DNA of 64,000 nt from positions 30,560 through 94,559 of the forward strand of contig JACRJY010000023.1 of NCBI GenBank assembly GCA_016235585.1, read 5' to 3'. The notes under the pieces were generated by a model that was not told the origin of the DNA, did no database searches, and saw only the letters and a list, made by a program, of their open reading frames with translations. Below are positions 26,867 through 34,484 of the stretch, one piece after another (the first letter of the stretch is position 1; every line of letters begins with the position of its first letter). The position numbers and the translations under genes were made by a program. The DNA comes from Verrucomicrobiota bacterium. Its GTDB lineage: Bacteria > Verrucomicrobiota > Verrucomicrobiia > Limisphaerales > JACRJY01.

Positions 26867-28186
26867 CTATTCGGCGACGGCCACGGGCCGCGAGTTTTTG
26901 GCGAGGTCGGCGCGGAGGGAGTCGGCCAGCTTCAGCAGGCGGGCCACCACGTCGGGATTCTTCTCCGCGACATCGGCGGTTTCGCCGAGGTCAGCGTCGA
27001 GGTTGAATAGTTGCGGCGGCGGCTTGAGGTGAAGTTTCCACGGGCCCGAGCGGATGGATTCGAGGCGGTTGGTATTGTAGCCGTAAAGCGAGTAGAACGA
27101 TTCACGCGGCGAGCGCGCGCCCGGCACGCCGAGCAGCAGCGGCGAAAAATCTTTCCCGTCAATCACCCGGTCGGTGGGCGCATATCCGCCTGTGAGCCGC
27201 GCGAGCGTGGGCAGCACGTCGAGGCCGGTGACGAACTCGTGGCAGACCGCGCCCGCCGGCACGCGCCCCGGCCACCACGCGAGAAACGGCACGCGCAGGC
27301 CGCCCTCGAACACGGTGTGTTTCGTGCCGCGCAGCGGCCCCGCCGAGCCGGGCGTCTTGCGTTCCGGCCCGTTGTCGCTGGTGAACAGCACGAGCGTTTT
27401 CTTGTCGAGACCGAGCGTGCGGAGGCGGTCGAGGATTTGCCCCGTGCTCCAGTCCAGTTCCTCCACCACGTCGCCGTAAAGTCCGGCGGCGGACTTGCCC
27501 TTGAACGGCGGCGAGGCATCGAACGGCAGGTGCGGCATCTGGTGCGAGAGAAACAGGAAGAACGGCTCCGCCTGTTTCGCTTCGATGAACTTCAACGCCT
27601 CGGTGGTGTAGCTTTGCGTCATCTTCGCAGGATTTGCGGGCCGCTCGATGACCGTGTCGCCGCGCAGCACGGGCATTCCGCCCTCCTTCTCGAACACGAC
27701 CACTTCCGGCTTGTCCAGGTTGTGCAGCACGCCGAAGTAGCTGTCGAAGCCCTGCTCCATCGGTCGCATCCCACGCTGAAAGCCGAGATGCCATTTGCCA
27801 ATCATGCCCGTAGCGTAGCCGCGCGATTTGAACACCTCCGCCAGAGTAATTTCGTCCGGGTGCAACCCCTTCTTCGCATCGGGCCGCAGCACGCCTTCCG
27901 CCAGCCCCACGCGCCCCGGATAACACCCCGTCATCAGCGCCGCGCGCGACGGCGTGCAGAGCGCCGCCGCGACCGAGTAATCCGTGAAGCGCATCCCCTC
28001 GCGCGCCATGCCGTCGAGGTTGGGCGTTTTGATTTTTTCCGCGCCGTAACTGCCGAGGTCGCCGTAGCCCAAATCATCGCAGAGGATGAGAATGACGTTG
28101 GGGCGCGGCGCGGCAGGCGCGGCGGATGCCAGCCACGGCGAACATAGAAGGATAATTGTCAGGAGTCGTTTCATGTCAGTCATCAT
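26867..28186 (-). CDS. sulfatase, secreted
   Basis: 439 aa. Contains MKRLLTIILLCSPWLASAAP, VILILCDDLGYGD and CxPxR LCTPSRAALMTG. Confidence 0.9.
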   Translation of the reverse strand: MMTDMKRLLTIILLCSPWLASAAPAAPRPNVILILCDDLGYGDLGSYGAEKIKTPNLDGMAREGMRFTDYSVAAALCTPSRAALMTGCYPGRVGLAEGVLRPDAKKGLHPDEITLAEVFKSRGYATGMIGKWHLGFQRGMRPMEQGFDSYFGVLHNLDKPEVVVFEKEGGMPVLRGDTVIERPANPAKMTQSYTTEALKFIEAKQAEPFFLFLSHQMPHLPFDASPPFKGKSAAGLYGDVVEELDWSTGQILDRLRTLGLDKKTLVLFTSDNGPERKTPGSAGPLRGTKHTVFEGGLRVPFLAWWPGRVPAGAVCHEFVTGLDVLPTLARLTGGYAPTDRVIDGKDFSPLLLGVPGARSPRESFYSLYGYNTNRLESIRSGPWKLHLKPPPQLFNLDADLGETADVAEKNPDVVARLLKLADSLRADLAKNSRPVAVAE

Positions 28187-28240
28187 GGCGTGGCGTGAAC
28201 GCCCCGGCCAACCGCGCGCGCCATGCCGGGGGTTGCATCG

Positions 28241-29470
28241 TCAGCGGCTGTTCCATGTCGTGTTCGGCTTCTTCCAAAGAATGCGCGCGGCGAACACGGC
28301 GTTGTCCGATCCGTATTTCATGCACTGCGTGTAGTCGGCGTAGTTCGGCGGATTGGTCTGCATCCATTCCGCGTCGGTGACCCAGGTTTCGTTTTCATTC
28401 ACCTCGGTGACGCCGAAGTTGCCGAGCTTCGCGCCACGTTGCGGCATCAGCTCGCGCTCGGTGCTGCGAATCACGTGCAGTTTCTTGGCGTCAACTTGAG
28501 CGATGAACAACGGCGCGCGGTTCCGGGGAATATGATCATTGTTCGCGCCCCGCCGCGTGTAGCAGAGGAACAGCGCATCGTCGTGCGTGACCCAGTGCGC
28601 CTGCGTGTTGTAGCTGCCGAGGTCGGTGCCGTCGTCCCACGTCCACGATTTGAGCGGGCCGTAGTTCAAGCCGTCGGCGCTGGTGGTCACGAAGGCCTGT
28701 TGATCGTGGCGGATCGTGAGGTAGTAGCGCCCTTTGAACCGGGCGAGCGACGGCTCGTGCAGCCCGCGCTCCACGTCCACGCGCAGCTCGTTCCCGATTT
28801 CCTTCACCGACAGCCGCCGCCCGTCGAAGCCGCAGCGCAGCACCACCACGCGCGAGGTCGTCTCGCCCTTGGGGGTGAAGTAAATCGGCAGCAGAATGTC
28901 GCCATCCGGGAGATCAACGCGTTGCACGCTGCCTGCGCCGGCGTTGTGAAAACGGTTCGTGTCCGGCACCGCCAGCGTCTCCCACGCCGTCCAGTTACGC
29001 GCGCCAGGATCGTAGATGGAGAACACCGTCTCCCGCGCGCGCACGCGCATGACCTTGTTGTCCTGATAACGCACGTCGTGCCCGATGCCGAGCAGCTTGC
29101 CCGATTTCGCGTGCCACTTGGGCCAGAAGTCCGACGGCGTGACCGTGACGCGCCCCGGCTCCTCACGCGGCCCCAGCGTGCGCGCGTGCTCCACCGGCCC
29201 CGACCATGTCTTGCCGAAGTCGTCGGAGCGCATCTCGTTGAGCGGATCGAAAATGTCGCTGCCCACGAGCGCGGCCTTGTTCATCGTCAACACGATCTTC
29301 GGCACCGCGCCGGGAATCGCGCCCGCGCGCGGATGCACCCAGCAGGATTTTTTGTCGAAGCCGGTGCTGATCGTGTCGAGCTTGAGATCGAAGCCGGGTG
29401 GCTCGGCGGCGTGAAGCAACGCAACTGAACCAAACAACAGGGAGGCAAGGAGGAGTCGGGGTGTGTTCAT
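28241..29470 (-). CDS. secreted sialidase-superfamily (BNR/Asp-box) beta-propeller protein, paralog 1
   Basis: The ORF opens at 30181, but that upstream stretch is Arg-rich shadow. The likely start is MNTPRLLLASLLFGSVALLHA at 29470 (in frame, 409 aa). Asp-box SDDFGKTW, a second degenerate box SADGLNY, and the conserved block YTRRGANNDHIPRNRAPLFIAQV. Confidence 0.7.
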   Translation of the reverse strand: MNTPRLLLASLLFGSVALLHAAEPPGFDLKLDTISTGFDKKSCWVHPRAGAIPGAVPKIVLTMNKAALVGSDIFDPLNEMRSDDFGKTWSGPVEHARTLGPREEPGRVTVTPSDFWPKWHAKSGKLLGIGHDVRYQDNKVMRVRARETVFSIYDPGARNWTAWETLAVPDTNRFHNAGAGSVQRVDLPDGDILLPIYFTPKGETTSRVVVLRCGFDGRRLSVKEIGNELRVDVERGLHEPSLARFKGRYYLTIRHDQQAFVTTSADGLNYGPLKSWTWDDGTDLGSYNTQAHWVTHDDALFLCYTRRGANNDHIPRNRAPLFIAQVDAKKLHVIRSTERELMPQRGAKLGNFGVTEVNENETWVTDAEWMQTNPPNYADYTQCMKYGSDNAVFAARILWKKPNTTWNSR

Positions 29471-29499
29471 CAGTTCGTGGAGTGCAGTTTTGATTTCCG

Positions 29500-30747
29500 T
29501 CACCTCACCGGCGCGGAGGTCGCAGCGCCGGCCGGCCTGAGCTTGTTCGGCTTCGACCAAAGAACGCGGGCGACGAAGGTGGCGCCCTCGGCGCCGCGTT
29601 GCTTCGAGTCCTTCATGAACATGCCTTCGGAAACGGTGACCCACGATTCGCGTTCGCTGATCGCGCACGCGCCGAAGTTGCCCATCTCCGCGCCGCGCTC
29701 GGGCACGACGACCTTTTCGGTGGCGCGCATCACGCGCAGTGTCGTCGGGCTTACCTGCGCCATGAACAGCGGTGCGCGATGGCGCACGATGTGGTCGTTG
29801 TTCGCGCCGCGCCGGGTGTAGATGAGGAAGAGGCCGTCGCTGTGCGCGAGCCAATGCTGCTGCGTGTTGTAGCTGCCGAGTTCCGCGCCGTCGTCGAAAA
29901 GCCACGGCTGCGGCGCGGCGAACTGCAATCCATCCTCGCTTACGCTGACGTAGCCGCGCACATCGTTGCGCAGCGTGAGAAAATAGCGGCCGTGAAACGC
30001 GATCAGCGACGGCTCGTAAAATCCACGCGCCACGTCGAGCCGCAACACGTTTCCATTGCGCACGAAGGTGAGTTTCGCACCATCGAACCGGCACTCGGAG
30101 ACGGTGGTGCTGTAGCGATCCTTGGCGCTCCTGCCGATGTAGAGCGGCACGAGCAGTGTGCCGTCGGGCTTCACGAGCCACTGCGCGCAGGCGTTGCGGG
30201 CGAAATTGAACTGCTCGTCATCGGGCAGTTCCAGCACCTGCCACGGCGTCCAGCGTTCCGTCTTTGGATCGAAGATCGCATAGACTGTCTGATGCGCGCG
30301 CTTCACGTCGTCAAGTTGCTTCCCTTGCGGGCTGTAGCGGACCTGGCAACCGATAGCGAGGAGCTTGCCCGTCGGCGCGTGCCAGCCGGGCGTGACATCC
30401 GCCACGCTGATCGTCACGCCATCCGATTGCTGCCGCCAATCCAGTTCCGGCGGCAAAGTCGGCCCCGTCCACGGCGCCGTCGGCGACTTGCGCATCATCA
30501 CATGGAGGCCGGAGTAGTAGTCTGATATTTTGAGATGCTTCTGAATCGTCATCACGACGGTTGGCTCGCCGCCGGTGCGCGAAGGAATGGCGGCCGCGCG
30601 CGGATGAAACCACAGGAACTTCCCGTCATCGTGTTTCATCACCGTCTCCAGCTTGACGGTGAACTCGACCGGGGCGGGTGCGGCGGCAGCAAGGACGGCC
30701 AACGGAGCCAGCAGCAGCGCGGTGAGGGTGACGGTCGTGATTCTCAT
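29500..30747 (-). CDS. secreted sialidase-superfamily beta-propeller protein, paralog 2
   Basis: The likely start is MRITTVTLTALLLAPLAVLAAA at 30747. It is collinear with paralog 1 (GSYNTQQHWLAHSDGLFLIYTRRGANNDHIVRHRAPLFMAQV), but its Asp-boxes are degenerate (SEDGLQF). Confidence 0.7.
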   Translation of the reverse strand: MRITTVTLTALLLAPLAVLAAAAPAPVEFTVKLETVMKHDDGKFLWFHPRAAAIPSRTGGEPTVVMTIQKHLKISDYYSGLHVMMRKSPTAPWTGPTLPPELDWRQQSDGVTISVADVTPGWHAPTGKLLAIGCQVRYSPQGKQLDDVKRAHQTVYAIFDPKTERWTPWQVLELPDDEQFNFARNACAQWLVKPDGTLLVPLYIGRSAKDRYSTTVSECRFDGAKLTFVRNGNVLRLDVARGFYEPSLIAFHGRYFLTLRNDVRGYVSVSEDGLQFAAPQPWLFDDGAELGSYNTQQHWLAHSDGLFLIYTRRGANNDHIVRHRAPLFMAQVSPTTLRVMRATEKVVVPERGAEMGNFGACAISERESWVTVSEGMFMKDSKQRGAEGATFVARVLWSKPNKLRPAGAATSAPVR

Positions 30748-30889
30748 TCTCGGAACAAGCGTCAATTTCGTGGCATTTGGTTTCAGGACGGACGGGCCGG
30801 ACAATGACAGAAGCCTCCGCCCAAGGCCAGCCGCAGTTCACGTCACGAATGAATTTCCTTTTCCCGCGCCCGCGCTACAGTCTCCAAAA

Positions 30890-31633
30890 ATGTCCGGCGC
30901 ACTCGTCGTCAACGAAATCTATTTGAGCCTGCAAGGGGAAAGCACCTTGGCCGGAATGCCGTGCGTCTTCGTGCGGCTGACGGCGTGCAACCTCCGCTGC
31001 TCCTACTGCGACACGGCGTATGCCTTCACCGAGGGGAAGAAAATGCCTCTCGACGAAATTCTCGCCGAAGTGCGACGGCTGGCAGTGCCGTTCTCCAACC
31101 TCCAATCTCCAATCTCCAATCTCAAACTGCCCCTGGTCGAACTCACCGGCGGCGAGCCGCTGCTCCAGCCGAATTCGCTGCCACTGATGAAATCGCTCTG
31201 CGACGACGGCTTCACCGTGCTGCTCGAAACCAGCGGGGCACTGGACATCGCGCCCGTGGACCCGCGCGTGCGGCGCATCATGGATTTGAAATGCCCCAGC
31301 AGCGGCGAGTGCGAGCGCAACCGTTTGGAAAACCTCGCGCACCTCAAGGCCACGGATGAAATCAAGTTCGTCATCGGCACACGCGAGGACTACGACTGGG
31401 CGAAGCAGATGATTTCCACGCACCATCTCGCCGCCCTCTGTCCCCTGCTCTTCTCGTGGGTCGCCCCGCTCGCGCCGCACCAGCAGGACAAGTCGCTCAA
31501 GAAAGTTCCCGCCGGGCTGACGCCCATCTCCCGCCTCGAACTCGTCGAGCAAATCATCGCCGACGCGCTGCCCGTGCGCTTCCAGTTGCAGATGCACAAA
31601 GTCATCTGGCCATCGGAGCAAAGAGGAGTTTGA
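30890..31633 (+). CDS. queE: 7-carboxy-7-deazaguanine synthase (radical SAM)
   Basis: Start MSGALVVNEIYLSLQGEST at 30890. The radical-SAM cluster motif is CNLRCSYCDT. Also LVELTGGEPLLQ. Contains an atypical insert, FSNLQSPISNLKLP. Confidence 0.85.
   Translation: MSGALVVNEIYLSLQGESTLAGMPCVFVRLTACNLRCSYCDTAYAFTEGKKMPLDEILAEVRRLAVPFSNLQSPISNLKLPLVELTGGEPLLQPNSLPLMKSLCDDGFTVLLETSGALDIAPVDPRVRRIMDLKCPSSGECERNRLENLAHLKATDEIKFVIGTREDYDWAKQMISTHHLAALCPLLFSWVAPLAPHQQDKSLKKVPAGLTPISRLELVEQIIADALPVRFQLQMHKVIWPSEQRGV
31093..31127. repeat. heptanucleotide tandem repeat CTCCAAT x5 inside queE
   Basis: The tract is ctccaac ctccaat ctccaat ctccaat ctcaaac. It encodes SNLQSPISNLK. Confidence 0.9.
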
Positions 31634-31700
31634 GCCACAGATGAAACACAGATTGAACACCGATTTCATTCCGTGTTTCATCCGTGTTCAATCCGTGGCT
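31633..31700. repeat. CCACAGATGAA-family hairpin in the queE-aminotransferase spacer
   Basis: Arms agccacagatgaaacacagattgaacac and gtgtttcatccgtgttcaatccgtggct (imperfect), with loop cgatttcattcc. Confidence 0.8.
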
Positions 31701-31705
31701 GAAAA

Positions 31706-33037
31706 ATGACAACCAAACAAACCCTCGACCTGCTTCGCGCCCACGAGTCGCGCAACGTGCTCTTCCTGGAGCCGGACGGCTCATGGCCCATCGTCTGGGA
31801 GCGGGCGCGCGGCGTTCACGTCTGGGACGCCGAGGGGCGCAAGTATCTCGACCTCACGGCGGCCTTCGGCGTCGCCGCCGCCGGGCACGCAAACCCATGC
31901 GTCGTCCGCGCCGGCCAGCGGCAGATGGCCACGCTGCTCCACGCCATGGGCGACGTGCATCCACACGCGCTCAAGGCGCGGCTCGCGCGCGAATTAAGCC
32001 GAATTACGTTCGAGCGATGGGGGCGAGCGAGGGCAAAAGGCAAACGGCAAACGGCAAAAGTTGCGGCGGCAACGGGCAAAGTAATCTTCTGCAACTCCGG
32101 CTTCGAGGCAGTCGAGGCTGCGCTCAAGACCGCCGTGCTCGCCACCGGCAGGCGCGGCGTCATCGCCTTCGAGGGCGCGTATCACGGGCTTGGCTACGGC
32201 GCGCTCAACGCCACACACCGCGAGCATTTCCGCGGCCCGTTCCGCTCGCAGCTCGGTGAGTTTGGACATTTCGTCAGGTTTCCCGGCGAGCGGAGTGCTC
32301 TCAAAGAAGTGGCGCAGAACATTACCAAGCTTTTCCGCCGCCACAAAACCGGCGCGATTCTCGTCGAGCCAATCCAGGCGCGTGGTGGCTGCAACATTCT
32401 GCCGACGGGATTCCTCCCGCTGCTCCGCAAACTATGCGACCGGCACGGCGCGCTGCTGATTCTCGACGAGATTTACACCGGCTTTGGCCGCACGGGAAAA
32501 TGGTTCGCCTGCGAGCACAGCGGCGTGGTTCCCGATTTAATCTGCCTTGGCAAGGCGCTCACTGGCGGTTTCCCGCTCTCGGCCTGCGTGGGTCGCGCCG
32601 ACGTGATGGACGCCGCGTGGCCGCCGTCCTCTGGCGAGGCGATTCACACCAGCACCTTCCTCGGCCACCCCGTCGGCTGTGCGATGGCCCTGGCGCAGAT
32701 GGAGGAAATCAAGCGGTTGAAACTGTGCGCGCGCAGCGCGCGGCTGGGAAAGGTTCTGCTGGCCAAGCTTCGTTCAATTCAAAATTCAAAACTCAAAACT
32801 CAAAACTCCGCTCGCGCACTCGGCCTCATGGCCGGCCTCGAACTCCGCCGCGCCGACGGCTCGCCCGCGAGCGCCGAGACGATGCACGTCATCAAGGCCA
32901 TGCTCCATCGCGGCTTCATCCTGCTGCCGGAGGGCGCGCACGGCAACGTCATCAGCTTCACGCCGCCGCTGACCATCACGGAGGCGCAACTGCGCGCCAC
33001 GGTCAAAGCACTCGCCGAGGTTTTGGCCACAGATTGA
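31706..33037 (+). CDS. class III (PLP-dependent) aminotransferase, acetylornithine/GABA aminotransferase-like
   Basis: 443 aa. Contains NSGFEAVEAALK, LILDEIYTGFGRTGKWFACEH and the PLP-lysine context CLGKALTGGFPLSA. Confidence 0.85.
   Translation: MTTKQTLDLLRAHESRNVLFLEPDGSWPIVWERARGVHVWDAEGRKYLDLTAAFGVAAAGHANPCVVRAGQRQMATLLHAMGDVHPHALKARLARELSRITFERWGRARAKGKRQTAKVAAATGKVIFCNSGFEAVEAALKTAVLATGRRGVIAFEGAYHGLGYGALNATHREHFRGPFRSQLGEFGHFVRFPGERSALKEVAQNITKLFRRHKTGAILVEPIQARGGCNILPTGFLPLLRKLCDRHGALLILDEIYTGFGRTGKWFACEHSGVVPDLICLGKALTGGFPLSACVGRADVMDAAWPPSSGEAIHTSTFLGHPVGCAMALAQMEEIKRLKLCARSARLGKVLLAKLRSIQNSKLKTQNSARALGLMAGLELRRADGSPASAETMHVIKAMLHRGFILLPEGAHGNVISFTPPLTITEAQLRATVKALAEVLATD
32032..32059. 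repeat. heptanucleotide tandem repeat GGCAAAN x4 inside the aminotransferase gene
   Basis: The tract is ggcaaaa ggcaaac ggcaaac ggcaaaa. It encodes AKGKRQTAK. Confidence 0.85.
32774..32807. repeat. heptanucleotide tandem repeat CAAAAYT (~4.9 copies) inside the aminotransferase gene
   Basis: The tract is tcaatt caaaatt caaaact caaaact caaaact. It encodes IQNSKLKTQNS. Confidence 0.9.
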
Positions 33038-33241
33038 CACAGATGCTCACAGATATGATGAGACCTTTGCAAAAGCCACCATTCCGGCGGAGCGCCGGGC
33101 ATTGCTCGGCAAGCAACCCTCGAAAACCGGGCCGAGCGATGCTCGGCGTTCCGGTGATGCGGGAGTTTTGCGGAGATCTCAAGATTTCCCGCCGAGACAC
33201 CGGATGTTATTCATCTGTGCTTATCTGTGTTCATCTGTGGC
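33026..33241. repeat. 216-bp MITE-like element with CCACAGAT-type terminal inverted repeats and nested GC-rich hairpins
   Basis: The left arm is gccacagattgacacagatgctcacagatatga and the right arm is tcatctgtgcttatctgtgttcatctgtggc. Inside are the palindrome gccgagcgatgctcggc and its imperfect partner gccgggcattgctcggc. Confidence 0.8.
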
Positions 33242-33254
33242 TGCTTTTCTTCCC

Positions 33255-34106
33255 ATGACGCTCACGGAAATGCGACAGATACTCGGCACGCGCGGCATCC
33301 AGCTCACCAAGTCGCTCGGCCAGAATTTCCTCCATGACGGCAACCAGCTTCGTCGCATCGTCGCGGCGGCGGAACTGACCAAGGCCGACAAAGTGCTCGA
33401 AATCGGCCCCGGCCTCGGCCCGCTCACGGAACTGCTGCTGGCGCAGGCCGGCGAAGTGCTGGCGGTGGAGATGGACAGACGGTTGGTGGAGTTTCTGCGC
33501 GAGCACTTCAATTCAAAACTCAAAACTCAAAACTCAAACCTTCAACTGCACCACGCCGACGCGCTCAAATTCCTCCGCGACGAACCGCGCGACTGGTCGG
33601 ACTGGAAGCTCGTCGCCAACCTCCCCTACTCCGTCGCCTCGCCGATTCTTGTCGAACTGGCACAGGCCGAGCACAGCCCGAAACTCATCGTCGTCACGCT
33701 CCAGCTCGAAGTCGCCCGCCGCTTGATGGCCGGGGCCGACACCGACGACTACGGCGTGCTCACGCTGCTTGTGCAGCTCCGCTATCAGCCGCGCGAATGG
33801 TTCAAGATACCGGCGACGTGCTTCTTCCCCGCACCGGACGTGGAATCCGCGTGCGTCACGCTGGAACGGCGCGCGCAGCCGCTGTTGCGCCGCGCGCAGG
33901 AGACCGTGTTCACCCGGCTGGTGAAGCTCGCTTTCTCGCAACGGCGCAAGATGATGCTCAAGCTGCTCAAGCAACACTGGCCGGTGGAAAAACTGGCGGG
34001 CGCGTTTGCGGAGCTGAAGATTTCTCCGCAGGAGCGCGCGGAGAAACTCACGCTCGAACAATTCGCCCGGCTCACCCGACTGCTGAACACATCAAGTGAA
34101 ACCTGA
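33255..34106 (+). CDS. rsmA: 16S rRNA (adenine1518/1519-N6)-dimethyltransferase
   Basis: Start MTLTEMRQILGTRGIQLTKSLGQNFLHD at 33255. SAM motif VLEIGPGLGPLT, and ANLPYSVASPIL. Confidence 0.9.
   Translation: MTLTEMRQILGTRGIQLTKSLGQNFLHDGNQLRRIVAAAELTKADKVLEIGPGLGPLTELLLAQAGEVLAVEMDRRLVEFLREHFNSKLKTQNSNLQLHHADALKFLRDEPRDWSDWKLVANLPYSVASPILVELAQAEHSPKLIVVTLQLEVARRLMAGADTDDYGVLTLLVQLRYQPREWFKIPATCFFPAPDVESACVTLERRAQPLLRRAQETVFTRLVKLAFSQRRKMMLKLLKQHWPVEKLAGAFAELKISPQERAEKLTLEQFARLTRLLNTSSET
33508..33547. repeat. heptanucleotide tandem repeat CAAAACT (~5.5 copies) inside rsmA
   Basis: The tract is tcaatt caaaact caaaact caaaact caaacct tcaact. It encodes FNSKLKTQNSNLQL. Confidence 0.9.
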
Positions 34107-34484
34107 CTCCCAAGGGCGAATCCTCCTCCTCGCATCGGTTGCGGTTGCTGCCTTCGGAAGTTTTGGCTGTCTGAATATTCCCCGCAGCGCGAGAAGGAAG
34201 GTGCCCGGGTGGAGCATATTCGTGCCGCTCGCGAACACGCGGCGAGGTTCATGCTTTTGACTGCTGGCACTTCCCCTCGCTGGCCTGACAACAGCGGGTC
34301 GTGGCGAAGGCGGGCGAGCGAGTTGCTGCGCTGGTGCAATGCGCGGAAAGCCCGGCTCACCGCCACTCGCCTCCTCGACGCCACCTCCAACAAATCCTGG
34401 TCGCCGCCTGGCCAAACCGCCCCGTCCGCCGTGTCCTTCAAATCAGTTTGATGAAAAGTTCATTTTCAGCTTTCATCCCGCCGC

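Noticed and set aside
25103-30525. Plus-strand ORFs over the sulfatase and sialidase-like genes (25103..26839, 27011..28147, 28223..29428, 29599..30525)
   Set aside because: They are shadow ORFs antisense to motif-bearing minus-strand genes.
30748-30889. Replication origin at the switch from the minus-strand to the plus-strand gene block
   Set aside because: The region is only 142 bp and not AT-rich. I find no DnaA-box-like (TTATCCACA) motifs, and no dnaA or dnaN lies nearby. The AT-richer gyrB leader (49219-49450) also lacks convincing DnaA boxes.
30800-30889. preQ1 riboswitch upstream of queE
   Set aside because: The leader (..cccgcgcccgcgctacagtctccaaaaatg) lacks the P1 stem and the conserved A-rich tail/ACUA(A/G)G arrangement of the preQ1 riboswitch classes.
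34209-34451. 80-aa ORF, and the overlapping 64-aa and 107-aa ORFs, in the rsmA-hypothetical gap
   Set aside because: They are Arg/Trp/Ser-rich with no motifs, no signal peptide and no obvious RBS. Three mutually overlapping frames suggest chance ORFs. Only the short GTG-initiated lipoprotein-like frame is kept, as a low-confidence finding.
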